From: Syntrophobacterales bacterium
GTDB lineage: Bacteria > Desulfobacterota > Syntrophia > Syntrophales > UBA5619
Direction: 5' to 3'
Length of the DNA stretch: 64,000 nt
Assembly: GCA_019429105.1 (NCBI GenBank)
Contig: JAHYJE010000010.1
Location: forward strand, 2,172-66,171
The notes beneath the pieces were generated by a model. It saw only the letters and a program-made list of their open reading frames with translations. It was not told the DNA's origin and did no database searches. Made by a program: the position numbers and the translations under genes. This document shows, piece by piece, positions 48,554-57,803 of the stretch (positions are counted from its first letter, which is position 1; each line of letters begins with the position of its first letter).

Positions 48554-49570
48554 ATGCAAAAAAAGATTGATATCGTTGCTTTAATCGCCTTCTGCCTGTT
48601 CGGGCTGACTTTACCCAACCCTGCCGCCGCCAGCGAGATGGCGCCTTTTGCCAGCATCAATCAAAGTCCCCTGGTGGGAATCTTTGGGCTGCCCGGTACG
48701 GGAAATTTCATCGTCATGGCGCCGGGGCAAACAGAGGTAGGTGTTAATGCCGTATTATCGAGCAATTACACAACCAATGACAATACGCGGGAGGCAATCA
48801 TCCTTGATGGAGAAACGACCAAGTTTACCTTGATGGCAAGGCACGGTCTTTTGCCCCGCTGGGAGGTAGGTGTAAACATCCCCTATATCTCTCAAAGCGG
48901 GGGTTTTGGGGACAGCTTCATTGAGAGCTACCATGGCGCCGTCGGCCTTCCGCAGGGAGGCAGGGATCTGGCGCCGCACAATCGTTTGCTCTATCTATAT
49001 CGCCGCGACGGCGTCACCCGCCTGCGTGTTGATTCTGCTGATTCCGGCGTGGGCGACATCTCCTTGACCAGCGCCTGGCAACTGTACCAGTCTGGAGACC
49101 AGGATAAAGACGGATTGGCCTTAAACATCAGTCTCAAACTGCCCACTGGCGAAAGCGATTGCCTCCAGGGAAGCGGCAGTACGGACATCGCGTTGTCGCT
49201 GACAGGGGGGTCGGAAGCCAAATTTGAGTTCGGCAAATGGACCACTTACGGCTCTTTGGGCGCGCTTTACATGACAAAGGGCAAGGTGCTGGCCGAGCAA
49301 CAGAAAAATTGGGTCGTCTTCGGCAGCCTGGGCTTAGGGTGGAAGACTCCTCTCCCCTGGCTGGGGCTGAAGGTGCAGGCGGATGCCCACACGCCCTTTT
49401 ATCGCGACAGTGATCTGAAAGAAATATCTGCCAATTCAGTTCAGTTGATCGCCGGCGGGACGCTTTTCTTATCGGACAAAACATCCCTCGATGTCGGCGT
49501 GGGAGAAGACATTGCCGTCGGAACCGCGCCGGACGTCAGTTTTTACCTGACTCTGCGGCGCCACTTTTAG
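48554..49570 (+). CDS. Outer-membrane beta-barrel-like protein (possibly DUF3187 family)
   Basis: 338 aa with RBS AAGGAG. Signal peptide ...LPNPAAASE, alternating-polarity strands, and a C-terminal ...YLTLRRHF ending in Phe. Confidence 0.6.
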   Translation: MQKKIDIVALIAFCLFGLTLPNPAAASEMAPFASINQSPLVGIFGLPGTGNFIVMAPGQTEVGVNAVLSSNYTTNDNTREAIILDGETTKFTLMARHGLLPRWEVGVNIPYISQSGGFGDSFIESYHGAVGLPQGGRDLAPHNRLLYLYRRDGVTRLRVDSADSGVGDISLTSAWQLYQSGDQDKDGLALNISLKLPTGESDCLQGSGSTDIALSLTGGSEAKFEFGKWTTYGSLGALYMTKGKVLAEQQKNWVVFGSLGLGWKTPLPWLGLKVQADAHTPFYRDSDLKEISANSVQLIAGGTLFLSDKTSLDVGVGEDIAVGTAPDVSFYLTLRRHF

Positions 49571-49789
49571 CAAAGCGACGATAATCCTGCCCTGAAAAAG
49601 CATTGCCTTAGCAATCAATTTCAGGAGGATTCCATACATGCCAATACTTGGCGGCAAAGAGAGTGGGGATAATCCTCTTTATCAGCGCAACGCTCCATGC
49701 TATACTTGCCTTGCTGGTAAATTACGGATGAAGCAAGGGAAAATGGCAGTCTTGGAAAAAATTAATGTTTCAGCAAGAAAGGCTGTTTA

Positions 49790-52753
49790 ATGCTTCTCCC
49801 ATACAATGGGGAAATATCAAATATCATTTGTCTTTTCGCCCATTGCGGAAAGGATGAAGACGAAGGCAGCCGCATCTACCAGATAGCCGCACAGCCGCTC
49901 TCTCCCAAGGGTGAAGGGGAACCGTTCTCGTCGCCGGTACGGTACAAAAAAACGACGGAGCGGGACTATCGCCTCTCGGGCGTCTCCCGCGATATCCTGC
50001 AGGGCGCCCCTACCTTTGCCGATGTCGCCGCTTTTCTCTTCCCCCTGTTTCGGGAAACAAATATCGTTGTCACGCTGAATCCGCGGGAGGAAATAGAGTC
50101 GCTGCTGGCGGTTTACGGGAACCCCCGCGTGGTCGATCTGCGGTTCGCCGCCGAATTCTTTCTGCCCCATGCCAACACCGCCTCGCTTAAATCCCTGTGG
50201 GAATACCTGCACGGGAAAAAGCGGGAGAAGTTTTCCTTCAGCGCCGAAGAGGCGCTCCTTCTTTCAGTCGAGCTGCTCAAACATCTATCCGGTTTTATTC
50301 TCAATCCGGCGGAATTCCCCCCGGCCGCGGCCCTGCGTTTCTACCTCCGAAAAAGTGAAACCCTCTTCGGCGATCTTTTTATCGGCCTGAACAGCAACTT
50401 TCAAAATTATTTCGGAGAGCTTTTCAACCCCGGCAGCGGCGACGAAACGGACGACTGGAAAGGTTTTCTGGAAAAGGCCCCGCTCAAAATACCTGTTCCC
50501 GTTCCCGAGGAAAGGCGAAAAAAGGTTTCCCTGCCCCATATTGAAGATATCTATCGGGCGCTCTCGGCGAAGACGAAAAACTACGTAATTCGCCCCCCGC
50601 AGATCGCCTACGCCAAGCACGTGGCAACCGCCCTCAACGAGCGCGAGGTGCTCACAATCGAGGCGGGAACAGGGACCGGAAAAACCCAGGGCTACCTGAT
50701 TCCCACCATGGAGTTTCTGGCAAAAAACCCTGGCGCCCGCATAGCTATCTCCACCTACACGAAAAACCTCCAGGAACAGCTCGTCCGGCGAGAGCTCCCG
50801 CTTGCCGCCTCCCTCAAGCCGACCTACAAAAAAATACCGGTCGCGATGTTGAAGGGCAAATCGAACTACCTGTGCGCCGAGAAACTCGACCATCTCTATG
50901 AAGAGGCGCTTTTTGGAAGCAGATTGCTGTTGTGGCTCTATTTTGTCAATAAAATATATTATTTCCGGCAGGTGGGCGGCGAGACAACCGGAGAAAGAAT
51001 CCGCTTTCATCTCAACGACGGCTTTTTTTTCCGCCGCCTCCAGCATGAAATATCGGCCCGCAGCGGCTGCTCCCGCCACCATTTACGCTGCCCGGCCCAG
51101 GTAATCGTCGCCGAGGCCCTGAACGCCCGTCTTATAATCACCAATCACCACAAGCTGGCCTTGCTGAACAAGGATGGGGCCTTGGCGGGAATTTTCGGGA
51201 ACTGCATCATCGACGAGGCCAATCATTTCGAACAGGCCGTCCGCGGCGCCTTTGCGCTGGAGGTCTCGTCGCGCGAGATTTCCGACTCCGCAACCTATAT
51301 CGAAACGGCGCTCCGGCGCATCCCGCCTTCCCAGGAAAGCCCCGGCGTGAAGGCCGCCGGCGAAGCGCTTGACGCAATTAATGTTCTTCGCGAAGAAATG
51401 TCGGCATTTTCTTCAGTTATCTCGTCAGTTCGGGGTGCTCTCGCTGGCGGCAAGGCAACTATCATCCCCGCGGAATATCCCTCCTTCCGAAAAGGGCGCT
51501 TGAACTGCCAGCTTCTCGATCTACGGAAAGCCCTCAAAAAAATAGCGGTCTGCCTCTCATTTTTAAAGGACGATGAATCATGCCGGCAGCTCGGCATCCG
51601 CCCCCGGACCCTCGAACGGTTGAGGACGGCGCTGCAGGACATGGAGGAATATGGCGATACCATAAAGGCCATCGCCGACGCCTGCGAATCTCCTGAATAT
51701 GTAACCGCGGCGGTGCTTTACGTTCACCACTGGAGCGTTTCCACTCAGGCGGTAGAGGTGGCGGACATTCTCCGCACTCACCTCTACAAAATCTGGGACA
51801 GCGTGATCTTCACCTCGGCCACTCTTCGTCAGAATGAGAGCTTCGCCGGCTTCATGAGTATTGCCGGCATGTCGCCAAAGAAAGCCCCATCATCCGGAAC
51901 AAATCCGGAAGATCCTTCCAGCGCCGACAAGCGTAGAGTTCTTCAGCAGGAGCTGACCAAAAACATGACAGATGCTCGGCAAACAAAGGTTAATGGCGAT
52001 GATATTGCTCCGGCAGGTGAAAATGGCAAAAATTGCGCTGCCGGACTGGAGCCGGCATCCAGCCCTGTTCCGGATTATGATCAGGAAGCTGCGCTTGCCC
52101 GCCTCCGCGAGAATGAAGGCCTGGACGTACATCCTTGCCGAGGGAATAACAAACAGGGGCGGGATTTTCGTTTTGAGGCGATCCCCTCCCCTTTTGCGCC
52201 CGACGCCTTTGTAATCAGCGTGCCTCCGGAGGCCCTCAGCGGAGCTTATGAAAGCAAGGAATTCTGGCTGTCCCGGGTCGCGGAGCTGCTTCCCGGGCTT
52301 GTCCGCGAAAATCGGGGAAGAACCCTCGTTTTATTTGCAAGCTACGGAGATCTCAAGGAAATAGCGGCACGAATCGGCGACGATATCCGCGCTTCCGGCT
52401 ACCCCCTTCTCCTTCAGGAAAGCGGCGTTTCCACGCTCGCTTTGGTCGATGAATTTCGGGAGATCCGGGAAAGCGTCCTTTTCGGCGTGGATTCTTTCTG
52501 GTTCGGGGTGGATTTTCCCGGCGACACGCTGACCCAGGTCGTTATCACCAGGCTTCCCTTTCCTCACCCGCAGGACCCGCTGCAGATCGCCCGCCGCAAC
52601 ATCCTGACCGAAAGGGAGTACTGGCAGCGCTACCGTTACGAAACGGCGATCAAACTCCGCCAGGGCATCGGCCGCCTGATCCGCTCGGAGGCGGATAGCG
52701 GTCAGGTGGTTATCCTTGACGCCCGTTACCGTAAATACCATGAGAACAGGTAA
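49790..52753 (+). CDS. dinG: DinG/XPD-family ATP-dependent helicase with a degenerate N-terminal exonuclease-like region
   Basis: 987 aa. Walker A EAGTGTGKTQGYLIP, a DEAH-like CIIDEANHF, TSATL, and C-terminal GRLIRSEADSGQVVILD. A low-complexity insert of about 90 aa lies around 51870..52150. Confidence 0.8.
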   Translation: MLLPYNGEISNIICLFAHCGKDEDEGSRIYQIAAQPLSPKGEGEPFSSPVRYKKTTERDYRLSGVSRDILQGAPTFADVAAFLFPLFRETNIVVTLNPREEIESLLAVYGNPRVVDLRFAAEFFLPHANTASLKSLWEYLHGKKREKFSFSAEEALLLSVELLKHLSGFILNPAEFPPAAALRFYLRKSETLFGDLFIGLNSNFQNYFGELFNPGSGDETDDWKGFLEKAPLKIPVPVPEERRKKVSLPHIEDIYRALSAKTKNYVIRPPQIAYAKHVATALNEREVLTIEAGTGTGKTQGYLIPTMEFLAKNPGARIAISTYTKNLQEQLVRRELPLAASLKPTYKKIPVAMLKGKSNYLCAEKLDHLYEEALFGSRLLLWLYFVNKIYYFRQVGGETTGERIRFHLNDGFFFRRLQHEISARSGCSRHHLRCPAQVIVAEALNARLIITNHHKLALLNKDGALAGIFGNCIIDEANHFEQAVRGAFALEVSSREISDSATYIETALRRIPPSQESPGVKAAGEALDAINVLREEMSAFSSVISSVRGALAGGKATIIPAEYPSFRKGRLNCQLLDLRKALKKIAVCLSFLKDDESCRQLGIRPRTLERLRTALQDMEEYGDTIKAIADACESPEYVTAAVLYVHHWSVSTQAVEVADILRTHLYKIWDSVIFTSATLRQNESFAGFMSIAGMSPKKAPSSGTNPEDPSSADKRRVLQQELTKNMTDARQTKVNGDDIAPAGENGKNCAAGLEPASSPVPDYDQEAALARLRENEGLDVHPCRGNNKQGRDFRFEAIPSPFAPDAFVISVPPEALSGAYESKEFWLSRVAELLPGLVRENRGRTLVLFASYGDLKEIAARIGDDIRASGYPLLLQESGVSTLALVDEFREIRESVLFGVDSFWFGVDFPGDTLTQVVITRLPFPHPQDPLQIARRNILTEREYWQRYRYETAIKLRQGIGRLIRSEADSGQVVILDARYRKYHENR

Positions 52754-52856
52754 AAAAAGAAGGATCGAGCGTCAATGCAGCGTTAGTGAAGCTTATTCAG
52801 GAAGAGTTGGGAAGCAAAAAGAAACGTAATCAGATCAATATCGAGAGTGCGCAACT

Positions 52857-53459
52857 ATGGAACAGAAAATGACCGGGGTGATTCTCGCGGGGGGGAAAAG
52901 TAGCCGCATGGGAACGAACAAAGCGTTCTTGAAGATAGCAGAAGAGAGACTGATTGACAGAAACATCCGTCTTTTAAGGAACATTTTTAAGGACGTGCTG
53001 ATTGTCGTCTCAAATCCGCAGGAATATCTGCTGAAGGAGGCAACAATCGTTACCGATATCGTTCCGGGAAAAGGAGCGCTGGGCGGCATTTACACAGGGC
53101 TTTTCTTCGCGCCGGATAAATACGCCTTCGTCATGGCCTGCGACATGCCCTTTTTAAATATTAGTTTTGTTGAATACATGGCAGAAAAGGCGAAAGGCTG
53201 CGATATTGTTGTTCCTTCTCCTCCGGATGGCCTGCAGCCGCTTTGCGCAGTTTATTCGCGTGCCTGCCTGCCGGCAATTAAGAATCTCCTTGATAAAAAC
53301 AGGCTGCAGATAAAAAACTTCTACCCTGGCCACAAGGTTCTGGAAATCCCCGCCGCCACGCTGAGCTCTTTCGACCCGCAGGGAAATATGTTCACAAACC
53401 TCAACACACCTGAAGACTTCGCTGCCTTTGCGCAATCAGGACTTTCCGAAGCAGGCTGA
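52857..53459 (+). CDS. mobA: Molybdenum cofactor guanylyltransferase MobA
   Basis: 200 aa. TGVILAGGKSSRMGTNKAFL, GALGGIYTGL, ACDMPFL. Confidence 0.9.
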   Translation: MEQKMTGVILAGGKSSRMGTNKAFLKIAEERLIDRNIRLLRNIFKDVLIVVSNPQEYLLKEATIVTDIVPGKGALGGIYTGLFFAPDKYAFVMACDMPFLNISFVEYMAEKAKGCDIVVPSPPDGLQPLCAVYSRACLPAIKNLLDKNRLQIKNFYPGHKVLEIPAATLSSFDPQGNMFTNLNTPEDFAAFAQSGLSEAG

Positions 53460-53478
53460 ATTACCGACGGGGCCGATT

Positions 53479-53640
53479 TCAACTATCGATGATCACTTCA
53501 TCCTGCTTCTCTTTATAATCCTTCATTACGTTTTCCCAGCCCTTGAGGCAGCCGTAGATGACAAAACCGATCGTAGCAACCACAATACCGAGACCGAAAA
53601 ACAGCAGGGTATTGGCGGGAATGGTAAACATCTGCGTCAT
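53479..53640 (-). CDS. Small single-pass membrane protein (53 aa)
   Basis: The ATG at 53640 has RBS AAGGAGA. MTQMFTIPANTLLFFGLGIVVATIGFVIYGCL is a TM helix, followed by a charged tail. Confidence 0.5.
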   Translation of the reverse strand: MTQMFTIPANTLLFFGLGIVVATIGFVIYGCLKGWENVMKDYKEKQDEVIIDS

Positions 53641-53697
53641 CGCATCTTCTCCTTCTAATTGATTACGGAACCGATCAGCGATAAGGCCCACCGGTCT

Positions 53698-54141
53698 TTA
53701 TATTCGCACCATCTTCAGCAGGGGGTTCCTTTTGCGTATCCCTGCTATAATTTCATCCAACTCTTTGTTTCTTCCGTGGCAAAATAAATAACCGCTCTCC
53801 TTCGGCAACTTGAGTTTGAGAAAACCGAATCCTCCGGAAAACCGGGACCCCTCTACTTCGCGGATATTTTTCGCCGGCAGCTCCAGCCGCCGCCTCAAGC
53901 TTTTCAAAACCACCTGCCCCTCGAAATCGAGGGATATATGGTAAAACAGACCCAGGGACCAGAACCAGGTGAACAGATAGAAAAAGGCGATCATGAACGC
54001 GTAGAGCTTGTCTCCCATGAATTCACCGTGCTGAAACTTCTGGTAAATCAGCGGCACGGTGGCAACGGTCCAGACCAGCAACACCCCGTAGAAAACAGCC
54101 ATAAAAAGCACAGGGGCTTGAAAAACAGTCTTTTGTTCCAT
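53698..54141 (-). CDS. Hypothetical membrane protein (2 TM helices plus a soluble C-terminal domain)
   Basis: The start is placed at ATG 54141 (MEQKTVFQAPVLFMAVFYGVLLVW...). There are two hydrophobic helices. No family recognised. Confidence 0.5.
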   Translation of the reverse strand: MEQKTVFQAPVLFMAVFYGVLLVWTVATVPLIYQKFQHGEFMGDKLYAFMIAFFYLFTWFWSLGLFYHISLDFEGQVVLKSLRRRLELPAKNIREVEGSRFSGGFGFLKLKLPKESGYLFCHGRNKELDEIIAGIRKRNPLLKMVRI

Positions 54142-54255
54142 CCTTCTATCCAATGACAGCCGCATCCTTATTTTTAATCGGTGCGGCGGCGGGAGAAAAA
54201 CCCGTCGCCGCACCCCTCGCTATCTGCAAAACGACTTGCGCCAACTGCGCGTCGC

Positions 54256-55572
54256 TCAGTTCCCCATGAGCACCTTGGGCACCCAGAGGATGATATCCGG
54301 GAAGATCATAAGCAGAACCAGACCGACGAACTGAAGCCCCAAAAACGGAAAAGCCGATTTCCAGACGTCCACCGTGGAAACGCCCGGCGGCGCCACGCTC
54401 TTCAGGTAGAAGAGCGACATGCCGAAAGGCGGTGTCAGGAAGGACATCTGCATATTTACGGCGAAGAGAACCCCGAACCAGATCGGATCGAACCCGAGTT
54501 GCCGGATGATCGGCCCAAAGAGCGGGATCGTCAACATGATGATCCCGACCCAGTCGATGAACATCCCCAGGAAGATCAGGATCAACATCATGATCCAGAG
54601 GATTGTCCATTTCCCGAGGCCCGAGCCGAGAAGCATGGAGTTCACAAAATCACCACCGCCCACCATGATGTAGAGCGCGATGAAGACGTTCGCCCCGAAC
54701 ATGGTCCACATGACCATACCCGTGGCCTTGATCGTGTTAACCGCCGCCTGAACGAGTTCATTCCAGGGCATGCGCCCCTTGATCTTGGCGATGATAAAGG
54801 CCCCCAGACAGCCGACGCCCGCCGCCTCCGTCGGGGCAGCAATCCCGACAACGATCGTCCCGAGGACGAGGAAGATCAGGATCGCGGCGGGAATGATCGG
54901 GAGCGCCACCTTAAACAGGCCGACCCAATCGAGCCGCTCTTCCTTGGGGACGGGGGGACCGAGCTTGGGGTTGATGTAGCAGCGGATCGTGATGTAGATC
55001 ATGTAAATCCCCGCCAGCATGAAACCCGGCAGGATGGCGCCTGAGTAGAGCTGGCCGATGGAGGAATTATCCACCATGCCATAGACGATCAGCATGACGC
55101 TCGGGGGGATCAGGATACCCAGCGTGCCGCCGGCCAGAATGCCTCCCAGCGCCAGCCCCTTGTCGTACTTGCGGTTGAGCATCTGCGGCAGGGCGATCAT
55201 GCCCATCGTCACCTCTGTGGCCCCGACGACACCGGCCATCGCCGCCATCATCGTGCAGGCGGCAACCGTCGCCGTGGCGACGCCGCCCTTGAGCCAGCCC
55301 AGCCAGTGGTAAACCATCATGTAGATGTCCTCGATGACCCCGCTGCGTTCGAGGATGTTCGCCATCAGGATAAAGAGCGGAATGGCATCCAGCAGGTAAT
55401 TGGTCATCAGGCCGAAGATCCGCGTCGGCACGACATTGACCGCGGACGGACCCTGGAAGATCGCCGTAAAGAGGATGCCGACGAATCCGGTGGCAAAGGC
55501 CACCGGCAGACCCAAAAACATTACAAAAATCATGCTCCCGAAAAGGAGGATGGTTATCCACTCAATGCTCAT
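54256..55572 (-). CDS. dctM: TRAP transporter large permease subunit
   Basis: 438 aa and polytopic. GLPVAFATGFVGIL, PLFILMANILERSG and IPPSVMLIVYG are typical DctM motifs. Confidence 0.93.
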   Translation of the reverse strand: MSIEWITILLFGSMIFVMFLGLPVAFATGFVGILFTAIFQGPSAVNVVPTRIFGLMTNYLLDAIPLFILMANILERSGVIEDIYMMVYHWLGWLKGGVATATVAACTMMAAMAGVVGATEVTMGMIALPQMLNRKYDKGLALGGILAGGTLGILIPPSVMLIVYGMVDNSSIGQLYSGAILPGFMLAGIYMIYITIRCYINPKLGPPVPKEERLDWVGLFKVALPIIPAAILIFLVLGTIVVGIAAPTEAAGVGCLGAFIIAKIKGRMPWNELVQAAVNTIKATGMVMWTMFGANVFIALYIMVGGGDFVNSMLLGSGLGKWTILWIMMLILIFLGMFIDWVGIIMLTIPLFGPIIRQLGFDPIWFGVLFAVNMQMSFLTPPFGMSLFYLKSVAPPGVSTVDVWKSAFPFLGLQFVGLVLLMIFPDIILWVPKVLMGN

Positions 55573-56117
55573 TTAAATTCCCTCCCTGTAAAGGCCAGAT
55601 GGGCGTCCCGGATGGTCCAGACAATGCCCTGCAAAAGCAGCAGCACCCCGCCGAAAGGCATCATGAATTTGACGGGATAGAGGGGCGGCGCCCAGTCGGT
55701 GAAGGAATTCTCGCCGATTAGGTCCATGCCGAACAACGTGTTTCCCGCGCTCATCATCTGGGAACTCCAGTAAAAGTTCCAGGAGGTCCAGATATAGACC
55801 AGAACAAAGCAATAGAAAAAAACGCTGGTGATCAGATCCAGGATCGCCTTGGTCCGGGGAGTTCGGGTCGCGTAGAACACATCGACCCGCACATGGGCCC
55901 GCCAGAAGTGGGCGACGCCCACCACCATGACATAGTACATCGCGAACAGGCTGAACATGGTTTCATGCCCCCAGTTCGTCGGCATGCCGAAGACGTAGCG
56001 CATAATCACCTCGAAGGAGATCACGACCACGCAGATCAGCGATACATAGGCCATCATCCTGCCAACGAAAAAGTTGGTCTTCTCGACGGCCATCATAAAG
56101 GTCCTCAATTTGTCCAT
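55569..56117 (-). CDS. dctQ: TRAP transporter small permease subunit
   Basis: The start is set at ATG 56117 (RBS AGGAAGG). There are 4 predicted TM helices. The stop overlaps the dctM start by 4 nt. Confidence 0.85.
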   Translation of the reverse strand: MDKLRTFMMAVEKTNFFVGRMMAYVSLICVVVISFEVIMRYVFGMPTNWGHETMFSLFAMYYVMVVGVAHFWRAHVRVDVFYATRTPRTKAILDLITSVFFYCFVLVYIWTSWNFYWSSQMMSAGNTLFGMDLIGENSFTDWAPPLYPVKFMMPFGGVLLLLQGIVWTIRDAHLAFTGREFK

Positions 56118-56313
56118 AACATCAACCTTCCTCTGTTCTTTTTCCTGTTCCCTTGCAGGTTTTTGGGCAAAAGCACGGGTTCTTTGCCCACACAAACCGC
56201 GCCGTCGCAGCGCCCTTTCCGCGGGGTAAGCCATCCTTTGTCCAGCCCCTGAAAACCTTTCATAAAAAATGAGGGAGAGGGAAATTTTCCCCCTCCCCCT
56301 CTTGGGACGGGAA

Positions 56314-57477
56314 TCAGATAACCAGTTTTTTGCCCTTGCTATCCACCATATCCTTGTCGGTGTAGTAGGCCACCTTTTCCGACTTCATATATTCCCACTG
56401 GGACTTGAATGCCTTCATCGCCAGCGGATCCTTCTTTGCCCATTTCACCCAAAGCTCGGGGGCGAATTTCCGGAATTTTTCGATATCGGACTCCTTCAGG
56501 TGAATAACCTCGACACCCTTGGCCTTGTACTTGGGAATCGCTTCGAGGTTGGCCTTCTGGATCGCCGTGTAGTGATCCCAGGAATGCCACTTTACCGCCA
56601 TCTCCAGAAGCCCCTGCAGGTGCTTGGGGATCTTCTTCCAGGAATTCATGTTGATATTGATGCTCATTAAGTCAACAGGCTGGTGCAGACAGGGCGTGGA
56701 AGCGGGACCCATGATGATGTACTTGGCAATTTCGGCAAACCCGAGGTTGTAGTTGATCGCCCATCCGACATAATCGGAAGCGTCGATCACGCCCTTTTCC
56801 AGTGCCGGATAGACCTCGCCGCCGGGGAGCAGCACCGTGGAGACGCCAGCCGCCCGGTAAATGTCGGCAATGATTCCACCCGGATAACGGATTTTCTTCC
56901 CTTTGAAATCCTCGAAAGAACGGATCGGCACCTTGGAGTGGATCAGGTTGTCGTCGTGTTGAATCGGCCCGATGTAATGCATGTTGTGCTTGCCATAAGC
57001 CTCGCGGGCAATTTCCTTGCCTCCCAGCACATCGTACCAGACGTCCCACTGATCGGGGCGATCCAGGGCGAAGGGGTACGAGGAAAGGAAGGTGGCCACC
57101 GGGATCTTGCCGGGCCAGTAAACGTCGAAGCAGTGCATCGCGTCGAACACCCCGGATTTAACCGCATCGAACATCTCGAAGGTGCCAACGAGGGCGCCGG
57201 CGGGCAGACATTCGACCAGCAACTTGCCTTCGGTCACTTCGGCAACCTTCTTCCCGAAGTCCTGAAATTTTACATACCCGACTGTACCCGCATCCCAGCC
57301 GGTCTGCATCTTCAGTTTGATCGGCGCCGCCGCGGAAAGACGCATGACCCCCGGGAACCCCATAACGCCTGCCGCGCCTCCGGCCACAACTGCCGCCGTC
57401 TTCAAAAAGTTACGCCGAGATTCCTTACCCGCGCCCTTTGCCTGTTCCGCATTCTTCTCTTCTTTGACTTTGCTCAT
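56314..57477 (-). CDS. dctP: TRAP transporter substrate-binding protein with a twin-arginine signal
   Basis: The ATG at 57477 has RBS AAGGAGGAG. The Tat motif is SRRNFLKTAAVVAGGAAG. The ORF-track start at 57621 adds 48 unlikely residues. Confidence 0.88.
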   Translation of the reverse strand: MSKVKEEKNAEQAKGAGKESRRNFLKTAAVVAGGAAGVMGFPGVMRLSAAAPIKLKMQTGWDAGTVGYVKFQDFGKKVAEVTEGKLLVECLPAGALVGTFEMFDAVKSGVFDAMHCFDVYWPGKIPVATFLSSYPFALDRPDQWDVWYDVLGGKEIAREAYGKHNMHYIGPIQHDDNLIHSKVPIRSFEDFKGKKIRYPGGIIADIYRAAGVSTVLLPGGEVYPALEKGVIDASDYVGWAINYNLGFAEIAKYIIMGPASTPCLHQPVDLMSININMNSWKKIPKHLQGLLEMAVKWHSWDHYTAIQKANLEAIPKYKAKGVEVIHLKESDIEKFRKFAPELWVKWAKKDPLAMKAFKSQWEYMKSEKVAYYTDKDMVDSKGKKLVI

Positions 57478-57659
57478 AACTCTCCTCCTTGTTTTGTTAT
57501 GTTGCAATTCCATTCCGGCATGAAAACCGGAACTCCCCATACTGCACTTCAGCTTAGAGTTTAAAGTTGGCTTAACCGTTCGTTCCACGTTCTTCTTACT
57601 ATCAGTCATAGGCTGCGTCAAGCCTTAGATTGACCGGACGTCAAAACCAAATGACATCG

Positions 57660-57791
57660 GAGGCAATTGCAAAACTCTCACATTCTGTCATTCCCGCAAT
57701 GATTTTAAGCGGGAATCTGGTTCTAACTGCTTGAAAAACCGTATTCCCGATAGAAGCATTCGGGAATGACAAATAGTTTTGCAATTGCCTC
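57660..57791. repeat. MITE-like hairpin repeat bounded by terminal inverted repeats, copy C (132 bp, most compact)
   Basis: Perfect 17-bp inverted repeats: gaggcaattgcaaaact and agttttgcaattgcctc. Two internal 8-bp-stem hairpins: attcccgc-N11-gcgggaat and attcccga-N9-tcgggaat. Confidence 0.9.
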
Positions 57792-57803
57792 ATCGTTTAA
57801 AAA

